This document shows positions 30,149 through 42,382 of a stretch of DNA of 64,000 nucleotides, in pieces (the first letter of the stretch is position 1; each line of letters starts with the position of its first letter). Both the position numbers and the translations under genes were made by a program. Source of the stretch: the human T2T-CHM13v2.0 reference genome, Homo sapiens; NCBI RefSeq assembly GCF_009914755.1, contig NC_060938.1; one strand, 5' to 3'. A model generated the notes under the pieces. It was not told the origin of the DNA and searched no databases. It worked only from the letters and a program-made list of their open reading frames with translations.

Positions 30149-30667
30149 TGAAGGGGATCAGAATATGCCACCCTAGAATATGTCACTTTGGTATAAGGAT
30201 TATTTTGAGTTGAAGGGCATTGGGAAGGGAAGGGCAGAGAACTCTTCCCTTAGCTGCTTAAAAGCAGGGCATGCATTTCCCTTTGTCAAGTTATCCTCTT
30301 GTGTACCAGGAAGAGAAGAGCACTCTTATTCCCTGAGATGGAGAGCTGACACCAAGATGAGTTCACATAAACAAACCTTACTAAAATAAACTTTATCTTC
30401 TATTAGTTCCCCCATATATTTCCTAGTCATTTTCCCATGATTTATCATTCCTTGAAGCCCAACCCTCGCTTTCTTTCTTAAAATGATATATAAGTCCCTG
30501 AGTCTAACTATTTCTTTGAGTTTCACTTCTTTTCTATGAACTGTCATGCACATAGATTTTAATAAAATTGTGTACCATTTCTCCTGTTAACCTTTGTTTT
30601 TTAGTTTAATTTTCAGGGCCCCAGGAGAAAACTAAGGTGGTAGTAGAAAAGTTTGTCCTTCTTAACA
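30149..30667 (+). mobile_element. ERV1 solo LTR (MER34-like)
   Basis: tgaaggggatcagaatatgccacc...ctttggtataaggattattttgag start, TATA-like tatataa, aataaa, ...aca end. Confidence 0.8.
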
Positions 30668-31531
30668 GCGGAAACCAGGCAGATGTTATAATTGGTTTGA
30701 AGAAAAAGTTTAAAAAAGCACAAACTTATCTGGCAAGCAAAAACATGTGGAAATGAATTGCCAGTGAAGCAAAAACTATTTTTGCCCTGGAGGGTAGGGG
30801 AGTCAATTAAATCTCTGTCAGATCACACAAAATTTACATGTCTATTTGTTACTTACAACTCAAAAGTGTTACAAAATAGCTCAAAACCAATGAAAGGATA
30901 GAATTTGATAACCTGGAAGGATGTGCTGTATGTAGAAAATGCACAGTTTTTACTGAAACACATTTTTTTTTATAATATGCAAAATAGCGAGTACTGGTTT
31001 TTGTTGACTTCTTAACTGTTAGTATTTTTTTTTTGACTCAACCCTTTAACAGGCTCATTATACATAAGGGATTTAGTCCTAGAAGACTTTTAATATTCTC
31101 AAGGTTAATGTGCTGAAGATTTCAGGATTTTTGGAGGGGCACTTCAAGAAACCCTTGGGGCTGCTTGAGATTGGATTTTAGGTATTAGTTTTTGAGAACT
31201 GGGAAATCAATTACTCTGCCAGCTTCCTGGATGTCAAGAATCGCCACTGTTTCACACAATGCCTGCCAAGAAATGAAGCAGTTAACGTTTTCCCGATTCA
31301 ATAATCTTTCATACCACTGTCCAGCTTGACATTCTCCTTAAAGAAACCACTGTATTTGATACCTGTGCCTGAAGTATTTAGAATTTAAAAATGTTTATCT
31401 TACATATTTTTGCAATGCTGATCTGTTTATATTATCCCAAAGGTGTTATTTACTGCATATGCTGTTTCTAAGGAAAAAATGATACAGTCAATCCTCATTA
31501 TTTGTGAATTCCATATTTGCAAATATATCTA

Positions 31532-34173
31532 CATCTTAGTCCATTTGTGCTGCTACAACAAAATGCCACAGACTGGGTCATTTATAAAATATGGAAATTT
31601 ATTTCTCACAGTTCTGGAGGCTGAGAAGTCCAAGGTCAATGTGCTGGCAGGTTCAGTGTCTGGCAAGGGCTGCTCCCTGTTTCCAAGATGATGCCTTGTT
31701 GTAGCATCCTCTGGAGGGCAGAAATGCTGTGTCCTTCTATGAAGGAACAACAGCAAATAGTGAACCTTCTCCCTCAAGCCCAAATCCCATAAAAGCCATA
31801 ATCCCATCTGTGAGGGCTCCAACATCATGACCTAATCACCTCCTACATGTTCCTCTTAATACTATCATGTTGGCCATAAAGTTTCAACATGTAAACTTTG
31901 GGACATGCATTCAGACCATAGCATTCTGTCTCTGGCCCCATGAGTTCATATTCTTTTTGCACACAAAATGCTTTCATTCTATTCCAGTAGCTCCAAAAGT
32001 CTAAACTTGTTCCAACATCAACTCAAAAGTCTTAAGTTCAGAGTCTTCCAAATCAGATATGGATGAGACACAAAGTAAGATTCATCTTAAGGAAAACTGC
32101 TCTCCATCTGCAAATGTGTGACAGCAAACATTGTATATTTCCAAAATCCAGTGGTGGGACAAGCATAGGATAGACATTAGAAAAGGGAGCAACAGAAAAT
32201 AAGAAAGACCAACAGGTCCCAAGTAAGTCCTAAACCTAGCAAGGCACACAGCATTAAATCTTGAGGCTTGAGAATAACCTTTGACTCCATGTCTCACCCT
32301 CTAGAAATACTGGGGCGGGGGCTGGGCCCCCAAGGTACTGAGGGGACCTGCCCTACCAGCTTTGCTAGACACAACTCACAGCAGCTCTTATAGGTTGGAT
32401 GTAGGTACCTGCAGCTCTCCCAGGCTAGCGATGCTTGCAGTTGGCTCTACAGTTATGAGGTCTTGTGGGGCAGCACTGCTTCTAAGACTCCTCTAGACAT
32501 TGTCCTAGTGGACATCTTCTTCAGCAGCCCTGACTGCTTGGCTCCACTGGGCATCATGCTAGTAGAAAATCCCAGTGGTAGTCCCAACCCTGTGGCAGTT
32601 CTCTGCCTGGGCCCTGGGGTTCTTTGAGATGTCCTTTGAAATCTGGGTGAAGTCAGCCATGTCCCCACAGCTCTTGCACTCTGTACTCCTACAGAGTCAG
32701 TACTATGTGGATGCCATCAGAGCTTACTGCCTGTGTCCCCTGAAGCAGCAGCCCAAGTTGTACCTGGGTCTGCTTGAGCCATAGCTGGGGTGGCTAAGAA
32801 ACTTTGTGCCAGAATACAGACAGTAGACTTGAGGTAGTGCTGAACAGTGAGCCTCAAGTTCTACAGGCACCTTGAGCCCCTCCGTTGAAACTGTTCTGCC
32901 CCCAAGGCCTTGATACTCTGGGCCGCTGATGGGAGTGGCAGCCTCAAAGATCTCTGAAACGTCTTCAGTGATACTCTTCCATTGTCCTGATGAATAGCAT
33001 CCTGCTTCCTTCTCTCTACACTAATCTCCTTATCAAAGGATACTACAGAATACAAAGGTGTGGTCAAGTGAGATTAGGCCACTAAGGAGATTAGTGTAAT
33101 GTAATCTCCTTAGTGGCCTAATCTCACTTGACCACACCTTTGATATTCTCTCCTAAATATGCTTTTTAAAAATTCTTTACATTGCCAGGGTGAGAATTTC
33201 CCAAATCATTTAAGTTCCACTTCTTTTTGATTATAAATTACCACCTTTAATTTGTTCCTCTTTCTCACATTTCACTAGACGTAGAGAAGCCCTGCAGCAC
33301 CCTGAACTCTTTGCTTCGACATTTCTTCTGCCAAATATACTAGTTCATTGCTCTTAAATTCTGTCTTCCACAGAGTACTAGGACATGGACACAATTCAGC
33401 CAGCTTCTTTGCCACTTTGTAACAAAGAAGACCTTTCCTCCAGTTTTCATAAAGGTATACCAGAATGGCCTTTACTGTTCATGTTTCTACAATCATTCTG
33501 GTCACCAACACTGAAGTAATTTCTAAGATTTAGGCTGTCTATAGCTCTTGTATTCTAAAATATCAACAGAATTACCCTTAACACTCTTTTCACAGCAGAC
33601 TAGGCTTTTTCTAATATGGAGCTCCAAACTCTTCTTGCTTCTCTACCTGTCCTGCAGTTCCAAAGCCACTTCCACATTTTTAAATTTTTGTTACAGCAGC
33701 GTTCTACTTCTCTGGTACCAATTTCTGGTCATAGTCAGTTTTTGATGCTACAATAAAATGTCACAGGCTGAGTAATTTATAAACAATAGATACTTGATTC
33801 ACATAGTTCTGGAGGCTGAGAAGTCCAAGATCAAGGCACTAGCAGATTCAGTGTTTGGTGAAGGCTGCTTTCTGCTTCCAAGATAGCACCTCATTGCTAC
33901 ACCCTTCAGAGGTGATGGATGCTGTGTCTTCACACAGTAGAAAGAAGGGAAGGGCAAAACGAGGATAAGCACTATATTCTCACACGATAGAAGAGCAGAA
34001 AAGAGTGGAACTATTCCTGCAAGCCCTTTCATAAGGTCCCTAATCCCATTAATGAGGGCTCCACCATCATCACTTAATTACTTCCTAAAGACCCTACCTC
34101 TTAATATTATGCTATCACATTGGCCATTAAGTTCCAACACGTAAATTTTGAGGAACGTAGTCAGACCATAGCC
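31532..34173 (-). mobile_element. Full-structure MaLR provirus (MSTC/MSTD-like): LTR 31532-31923, internal region 31924-33725, LTR 33726-34173
   Basis: Two homologous direct LTRs ending cagaccatagc(a/c). MaLR-int termini ttctgtctctggcccc (PPT on the - strand) and tggtaccaatttc. 5-bp TSD atcta (31527-31531 and 34174-34178). Confidence 0.9.
33053..33142. repeat. Perfect inverted repeat, 41-bp arms and 8-nt loop
   Basis: 33053-33093 is the exact reverse complement of 33102-33142. Confidence 0.97.
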
Positions 34174-36007
34174 ATCTACTTGGTAAAAGTTATTTGTAAC
34201 CCCACAATCAATACTTGAGGTGCTTTTGCAGTAATACTTGAACATGTGTATAGGCAGGGTGACGAAAAACTTGCAGCTGAGGTCCAGCAAAGATGTGTTC
34301 TACCTTTCTGTTTCGGTTTTTGAACTGTAACAAAGTTTTCTTTCCATGGTTTATTTTGTGTCACTGTGTTTTTGCATTTTTGTGCTTTTTATTGTTGACT
34401 TTGCTGTTTAAAATGGCTCCAATATGAAGTGCTGAAGTACTGTCTAGTGTTCTAAGAGTGAGAAGGCTCTGATGTGCATTAGGAGAAAATATATGTGTTA
34501 GATTTGCTTTGTTCCATCATGAGTTATAGTGCTGATGGCTGTGAGTCCAATGTTAATGAATAGACAATATATATTAAATAAGGTATGTTTAAACAGAAAC
34601 ACATAAAACAAGGTTTTGTATTATCATTTGACAAAAAAAATGCTTACAGAAACCTACCTCTGTATTTTCCCCAGGAGCAATGATTCAGTATTTGCTAAGT
34701 CAGCATTTGTGGTGACTTTATAGAACCTAAGTACTAGGAACAAAGAGAACCAAATGTATCTATCTCAGAGAATGTTGGTATGTATAAAGGGATGAATTTT
34801 CTTACTGGTCAGCATGTGATCCTAATTCTTAGCTATCCTTCTGCTACTGTAATTTACATCGTCTGTTTTGAAGAGATTTTTCTGTGTCCTCAAGACAAGA
34901 TACAGACAAATTGAGGCAAGGAGAGGAAATTGTTCTTTGGAGAATTTTTGCCTCAACTTTTTGGAAGGACTAAAAACAACATCCAAAAACTGTAGCGCTC
35001 TCATTCAATTACTAGTGCTGAATTGCTAGTGAATTAATTTTGAGAACACTTTTAGTTGGAATCCTATCTATATGGCTTTCATTGCCCTGTAAATTCTGAT
35101 TATTCTTTTCATGGACACCCTGGCCTTTTCACTTATTTGTAGTTTTTGGAAAATTATAATGAAGACATGAGAGCTGAGCAGACCTCACTTATTTTACAGT
35201 TCTGTGCAATTGTTTTTTTGAAGGAAATTATGCCCACCCCTAATCCGCGACACACACTAATTGGGGTCATATGGGATCAGGGAGCAAGAGATAGGAGGAG
35301 GGTAAGATGACAATATTCCAAAAGGAAACTTGTTAAACATCACAGAACAGCTTTAGATATAACAGTTGCTCTCTTGCCGTTTCCAACCAGACTCTCAGAG
35401 GCTGACACAGGCTGATAAGAGGTTACTGTTGTAACAACACATTTTACCTTCACTTTTGACAACAAAACACAAAACAGATTGGAGGTGGTAAGGAAGAGTA
35501 AACCATGGAAATGTACTGAGTATTGAGTTAGATGCCTGACTGCCCTTAGGCAAGCTCATTTTTGTTTTTTGCCAACCTCCCTTTGAACCATCATTCCTTG
35601 TTTTCTCTCCAGTTGTACATAAATGACTTGAGCTCTTTCTCTACTCGGGGAATGGGGTCTATTCCCAGACATTCCCACCTTCACACAAACTTAACTGCTT
35701 ATGTATATTTTTCTTTCAGGCATGTTTCATTTTAAGCCTTATCTTTCACTGTTGCATGAAAGAATTATCCCTTCCTCAAGAAATCTCAAGCATAAGAGAA
35801 TGCAAATGGTGGCAGGAGGGGCTTGTCTTTAAAAAACTCAAAATCATGTCGTTTAGAAGCAAATCTGGCTTTGGACAAGCAGAAACAGGATCATTGACCT
35901 CTGAGGATATATGGGAGGGGGGTAATGAGTTTGGGCTTTAGCACTCACTAACAGTGTGAATTTGGGTAATTTTTATAAATTTTCAAAGCCTATTCTTCTC
36001 ATCTATA

Positions 36008-36243
36008 CAGGTCAGTCATCTATTTCTTTAGAGGGACAAATAATAAATATTTTAGGCTTTGTGGGCCACACTGTTTCTGTTACAGCTATTCAATTCTGCT
36101 GTTGTAGGGCAAAAAGAGCCATAGATTATATATAAACTAATGAGTATTCTGTGTTCCCAGTAAAACTTTGTAGGCAACATCAGGCTGCAGGAAAACATTG
36201 GCAGGCCTGACTTCACCCACTTGGCTGTCATTTGTTGACCCTA
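36008..36243 (+). mobile_element. MER58A-like hAT-Charlie MITE inserted in a MIR (about 35930-36350)
   Basis: aaatattttaggctttgtgggccac...attcaattctgctgttgtagggcaaaa...gttgacccta. The MIR ctcatctata|aaatgggaataacaatagcacc is interrupted. Confidence 0.82.
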
Positions 36244-37137
36244 ATTTACAAAATGGGAATAACAATAGCACCCAACTCTTCGGGTATTGGGAAGATGATA
36301 TGAGGTGCTACATGTAAAAGGTTTAGTGTAATGTTTGGCTTATAACAAGCATTTTTGTTAAAAAATAATTAAAAATAGATAAAATGATTTTGATACAGAT
36401 ATAAAATAAACATATGCTAAAGATTTTACTTAACTCGTTATTAGTGAGGGAGTTGGGCAGATATTTTAGTTGGCTCAAAGAAGATATAAAGGAAACAGGT
36501 TTGTAGATCAGAAATTATAAAATTAATTTGCAAATTGACACAAACTGGCTTGGAGGAGATAAGTTGTTCCACTACCAGATGATTCATTTGCATGTTCATT
36601 GTTTAGAGTCTTTTGCATTGCACTGTAATTTTCTACAACTTACAAAGCTGAAAAATAGCTCAAAGATGATGAAAAGCCAGAATTAGATGACCCCAAATAA
36701 TATGCTCTGCAAAGTGCATAACTTTCCACTGGAAAGGAATCTTATTTGCTTATTCCAAGTTTTTTTACACACTCAAATCTTAGCTATTATCATTACGGTT
36801 TAGATAGAAAAGACAGGGTTACCCTGTCCTTTCAGACTAAAATGTAATTGACTAAAATCTCCATCTGTGTATTGTAGGGAATTCAGGGGCTAGCTCAGAT
36901 TTTTTTCAAATTGAGATTGACTTAAAGTTCTTGCTTCTTCTGAGTTCAATGTGTGAATTTTCTCACTGAAATGACCCTACATGAGGCGCCTTCTCAATGA
37001 CTCCATCCTAAGATACCACCAATCCAAAGCTCTATGAATGTATAGGGCAGCAGAACATTTACATCTCAACAATACAAATAGCTTAAAATTATGACGGTTC
37101 CATTGGTTCCCCTGTTAGGGATTTCTTAGTGGCTGAC

Positions 37138-37480
37138 TGTCTTAGTTTGTTTAGGCTGTGAAAACAGAATACCATAGACTGTGTGGTGTATAAGCAACAG
37201 AAATTGATTTCTCACAGTTCTGGAGGCTGGGAGTCCGAGATCAAGGCACAGGCAGATTTGGTGTCTGTTGAGGACTTGCTTTCTCATTCCTGCATGACTA
37301 TCATCTTTCCATGTGTTCTCACATGGCAGAGGAGCAATGTAGTTCTCTGAGGCCTCTTTTACAAGAACACTAATCCCATACCTATTCATTTCCCAAAGGT
37401 CTCATCTTCACATACCATCATGTTGGGGATGGGGTTTCAATATATGATTGTTGGGAGGACACAAACCTTCATTTATAGCA
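37138..37480 (-). mobile_element. MLT1A-type MaLR solo LTR
   Basis: tgtcttagttt...atagca. Perfect TSD ctgac (37133-37137 and 37481-37485). Confidence 0.9.
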
Positions 37481-37789
37481 CTGACATTTCTCTGTAAGCT
37501 TCAGCCAACCTGGTATCTAAGCTCTTTCTTTCTTCCTCCCTACCTACCTTTTTTTCCTCTCAGGGTCTTAAATTCTTGTTCACTTATTATGTTAAATAGT
37601 TTAATGATCTTTTTGTTTTACTGTGTCCTTAGAAATAATGAGATTTTAGTCTACCTTTAATACTCAAAGCTACTCATCAAGTTACTTTGTAAAAGGAAAG
37701 GGCAAAATGCATAGTAGAGTAATTCCTAGTTCCTTTGCTGAGCAGAACTTACTGTGATTATAAACTTTCATTTTAAATGGAAGTCTTTT

Positions 37790-37829
<40 letters not shown>
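37790..37829. repeat. (ATC)13 trinucleotide microsatellite
   Basis: Direct reading. Confidence 0.96.
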
Positions 37830-38192
37830 CTAGGAGGATGTAAATCAATGGTCCAAATAGGATTTTTATGGATAAGCAATTACTTCTGTTGGCTGCTATT
37901 TGGCTTTCCATGTTTATTACTTAGTTACCATTTCTCTACTTTTCTACTTTGTTTTTTTAAAAAACACCTCTTTATACAAAATTTAGGTATATTTTTAAAC
38001 TGTAAATTAACATCCTCTCTCTTCGGGAAATCACAAGACACACAGAGATTTCCCTTGTTTTGTTACTATATTAACTAGATTTTTATTTTCATCTTGTGCA
38101 GTTGGTCCTAATTTATGAGATTATATCAGCTGAGATGAACTAAATTTTGCTGTAGAAATAAGTAATTTCCAAATCTTAGTGGCTTAACCCAG

Positions 38193-38566
38193 TGATGTGG
38201 TTTGGCTGTGTCCCCAGCCAAATCTCATCTTGAATTGTAGGTCCCATAATCCCCACGTGTGGTAGGAGGGACCCAGTGGGAGGTAATTGGATCATGGGGG
38301 CGGTTCCCCAATGCTGTTCTTGTAATAGTGAGTTAGTTCTCATGAGATCTGATGATTTTATAAAGGGCTTTTCTCCTCTTCACTCATTCTTCCCCTTCCT
38401 GCCACCAATGTGAAGAAAGACGTAATTGCTTCCCCTTCCGCCATGATTGTAAGTTTCCTGAGGCTCCCCCCACCACGGAACCGTGAGTCAATTAAACCTC
38501 TTTTCTTTATAAATTACCCAGTCTTGGGTATTTCTTCATAGCAGCATGAGAACTGGGACTAATATA
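38193..38566 (+). mobile_element. THE1 (THE1C/D-like) MaLR solo LTR
   Basis: tgatgtggtttggctgtgtcccc...gactaatata. TSD cccag/cccaa. Confidence 0.93.
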
Positions 38567-38745
38567 CCCAACAAAAGTTTATTTCTCATTTAAATTTAAT
38601 TTCTATGGTGGGTTCACCTAGGCCTGAAGGCAGGGTGGGGATAAAGTGAGTTTCCATTCAGTTTTTCTTGGATCCAAGTTGGTTGAGTGGCCAGCATCTT
38701 GAATACTGCTGTTCCTGGTGCCAGGGGGAAATGAAAGCTCTAAAG

Positions 38746-39003
38746 TAGTACTTGTCTAACTACCTGTGGTGAAGGACCAATTTTTTTTATTTATTTTAGT
38801 TTCACTCTGTTGTGGACCAATACTTTTGTGAAATATAATAAAAATAAATTACAGAAAACATGTTTGGATGTTGCAACAAAGTTAAATTACTATAAAGTTT
38901 TCTAAATAATCATTTCCATTTTTGTAGTAATCTTGTCAAGGACTAGGAAAAATTAGTGGGTGGAGTGGCACCCAGTTTGTTGCCCACACTTGGAGTAGCA
39001 TTA
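38746..39003. mobile_element. hAT-Charlie-type MITE (subfamily uncertain)
   Basis: Degenerate cagtgctactc-type TIRs. 8-bp TSD ctctaaag/gtctagag, which fits the Charlie NTCTAGAN target. Confidence 0.6.
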
Positions 39004-39461
39004 GTCTAGAGGGCCTTACACTGGTAATTTAATATTCTTGCCTGAGAATGACATATAGTTTCCTTTCAAAACTAATTGGCCAAAAATAATAATATGTTTC
39101 CTCCCTCAATCATGAAGGAGTCAGGGAATTGAATCCCATTGAGTGCCTTCATGCAGGGAAGCATTAATGGGGGGAAGACGAGCCAGTGGGGCTGTAAAGG
39201 AAATATTGAACATCTCTAATAGGTACCACACTGACTGCAAGAGCTCCCTCACCCCCCAAACCCCCAAACTTTTTAAAAAATAAAATGCAGAATTTTAGGT
39301 CTAAGCTTTTGGGGATTTTAATACAGTAGGCCTGGGAGGGGTAATTGGACTTAACACTTTTTTTTTTTCTAGTTGATTCAGTTCTTTAAGGGGACTATTA
39401 CCGTAGGTGAAAAGCATAAAGTCATTTCCTAGATTGTGAAGAAAACTTTATACCAACTCAT

Positions 39462-39893
39462 ATTATTAGTCTAGGTCCTCTGAGAAGCAAATATAAAGAT
39501 AAGATTAAATATGCAAGGAATTTATTAGGGGCAATGCTTGTGTGAATGGAAACGGGGGGGGAGTAAAGAAAGACTGAGTGATCAATTGGACTGTCATGTA
39601 AGTCTGATTACCAAGTGAAGAAGAGACAGAGAAAGATAAAAACTTCGTAGACTGCCACGCAGTCTAAGAAAAATGCAGCAAAGTTGTGGGGGAGAGTCAA
39701 GGTTGGAAGACATTGGGAGTACTGTGAACTATTACGTTCCCAGGAATGGGTGTGCCATTCCCGCTATACTCAATCGTTGTCCAAGAGCAGCCTTGACAAA
39801 ATCAGGCAATGGGTTGCAAGGGGCAGAAGCTTAGCCCTTGGTCAAGTTTGCTCCGTGTGGAGGAGGTCAAGGTCCATGCCCATGGCTGCCACA
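39462..39893 (-). mobile_element. ERVL LTR (LTR16-like)
   Basis: ggtcctctgagaagcaaa...atgcaaggaatttattaggggcaatgc...catggctgccaca. Confidence 0.72.
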
Positions 39894-40139
39894 TCCCTGG
39901 TCTAGTCTCCTGCCTTCAATGACTTAAAGTATTTATTCCCATTTTATGAATTAGTTACTGAGGTCAAGGGAGTTTAATGGATTAAGATAGTGGCACAAGG
40001 TCCCAGAGCTATTAAATTTGGAAACAGAGACCAGCCCCACTTACACACAACTGACTCTTGTGATATATTCATAGTTCCCCTAATCGAAAATATGTTTAGT
40101 AGATATTAAATTATTTTTAATTTTTAATCTTCCAAGCAC

Positions 40140-40569
40140 TTTTCTTTTCTGCTGAAAGCAGTACTTCCTTTTCGCAGCCGTGAAAAAAGTGTAGTATCCC
40201 AGCCTGCCTGACCACTATTGAGTTGTCTAGGAAGGAGCATCTACCCAAGCTGGGCCAATTATGTTCTTCCCTGGGACTTTCAAAGCTTGAACACCCTCTG
40301 AGTGCTGAGAGTATAAGGCAGGGAAGCTGTTGGCGGTCATGCTCCCTACTGTGTTCTAAGTTAGTCTCAGAGAATGAAATCAAAGTGCACAAAGAAGCAG
40401 AGATGAGAGACAGTGACAGTAGTTCTAGTTGTCCTTGAGGCTCAGCTGTACTGCCTTTCCTTCTAGCTTTTATGTAAGATACATCAGTATCCCTCCAATA
40501 ATTGCCCTATTTTGCCTAAACTGCAAGTGAGTTTCTGTCATTTGTAACCAAGAGACCATGACTAATACA
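40140..40569 (+). mobile_element. Old MaLR LTR (MLT1J/K-like)
   Basis: acccaagctgggccaatt...gagtttctgtcatttgtaaccaagagaccatgactaataca. Confidence 0.75.
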
Positions 40570-41117
40570 GTTCTTCAGAAATGCAGAGTTTGAGATCTGT
40601 TCTTGTAGTGCTAATATGATGTGGGGATTACTCTTTTTCTATTTTCTGCTTTCTTTTCTGTTTTTTTAAAAAATGCCCTTGATTAGCTATCAGGGACACT
40701 ATGAACCCCTAGATAGAAAGCAGACTGTTTAACCTAGCATTGCGCAGGCAAGGAAGTTCGGTATACCAAGGAACCACCAAAAACTAATTATTTCCATAAT
40801 AAAGGGATTAATCCTTTTCTTAAAGCTTCCACCTAGCTTCACAATTAACCCATGTGCAATTAAATGCTGATAACCCTGAGTGTTCACTGAAAAATCAACA
40901 TTGTATTTCTGAAGGGAAAAAAGATAATAACAATCCAAGCATGTCAAATGAACTTAAATTTTAAAAACTGTAGAACAAGTAGATTATCGTTAGGATTAAG
41001 CTTAGAAATGATATTTAGAATTGGTGTGTCATTGGTCTGTGCTCCAGCCTGTCCCCTGAATAACTGTAACCTAAAGATATAAATACATTTTAATTATTTA
41101 TTTAAATAAATAAATAC

Positions 41118-41403
41118 TTTTTTTTTTTTTTTGAGACAGAGTCTTGCTCTGTTACCCAGGCTGGAGTAGAGTGACATGATCTCAGCTCACTGCAACCTCC
41201 ACCTCCTGGCTTCTTCTCCTGCCTCAGCCTCCAGAGTAGCTGGGACTGCAGTGCTACCACACCTGGCTAATTTTTGTACTTTTAGTAGAGACAGGGTTTC
41301 ACCATGTTGGCCAGGCTGATCTCGAACTCCTGACCTCAGGTGATCCACTCGCCTCTGCATCCCAAAGTGCTGGGATTACAGGTGTGAGTCACTGTGCCTG
41401 GCC
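41118..41403 (-). mobile_element. AluSx-like with small deletions
   Basis: Poly-T, then gagacagagtcttgctctg...ctcctgacctcaggtgatcc...cctggcc. Confidence 0.93.
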
Positions 41404-41454
41404 ATGATAAATATTTTTAGCATCCAAAACTCAGGTAAGTAGATTACATTTTAG

Positions 41455-41630
41455 AAGTGAGAATAGCCAAGGTCAGGAGAGCTGGACTGGTTTTCAACTT
41501 GGCCTCAAACAGGGGTATGATTTTCTTCACCTGACCATTAGGTTCTTTCAGTCTCAGTTTTCCTTATTTTTGAAATGGGACTAGTAGAATAAATGATCTC
41601 TAAAGATATTTGTAGTTCTATAATTCTCTT
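41455..41630 (+). mobile_element. MIR3-like SINE
   Basis: tctcagttttccttatttttgaaatgggactagtagaataaatgatctctaaag. Confidence 0.65.
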
Positions 41631-41987
41631 ATTTAAAAGGAAGTTCTGTTTTTGAGGAGGATATTGCTTCTGACTTTCATCTTTTGGTCTCATTTCATTT
41701 ATAGAAAGTTGAGTCCTGGGTAAACAGATTGATATGTGAGGTAGAACTTTCATGCAGCTCTTCCTGGATGGTAATATAACCGGGTTTTCCTTACGGTGGC
41801 TTATAAAGTGGTCTAAATAGCTGCATTCTTGATTCAGGACTTGATTCAATGGCAGGAAAAAGAAAGTTCAGAATAACTCTAGGGGTAGCATAAATAATGT
41901 TTTGTACTAGAAATAATCTAATAAATGACAGCTCTATTCTATGCATATACATTTTATAATATTTTGGCATAACATTTTAATTTTTAA

Positions 41988-42382
<395 letters not shown>

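Larger units (their letters stand above)
31485..34756 (+). mobile_element. MER82-like Tigger DNA transposon split by a MaLR provirus
   Basis: TA|cagtcaatcctcattatttgtgaattccatatttgcaaat ... resumes at 34179 cttggtaaaagttatttgtaacccc ... gagaaccaaatg|TA. Confidence 0.8.
38120..39230 (-). mobile_element. Old MaLR LTR (MLT1J/L-like) interrupted by THE1 and a hAT MITE
   Basis: ccaaatcttagtggcttaaccca|acaaaagtttatttctca joins across the THE1. The element ends ...taccaca. Confidence 0.6.

Noticed and set aside
35685-35930. Splice-acceptor-like ttttctttcag (35709-35719) with a possible branch point; similar isolated sites near 15080, 47085, 53983 and 58675
   Set aside because: Isolated splice-like motifs are common by chance. 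There is no paired strong donor with a coding frame, and lncRNA exons cannot be inferred without transcript data.
37682-37879. Poly-Asp ORF
   Set aside because: It is the reverse translation of the (ATC)13 microsatellite
39647-39666. Short hairpin tagactgc-cac-gcagtcta
   Set aside because: An 8-bp stem inside an LTR is within chance expectation
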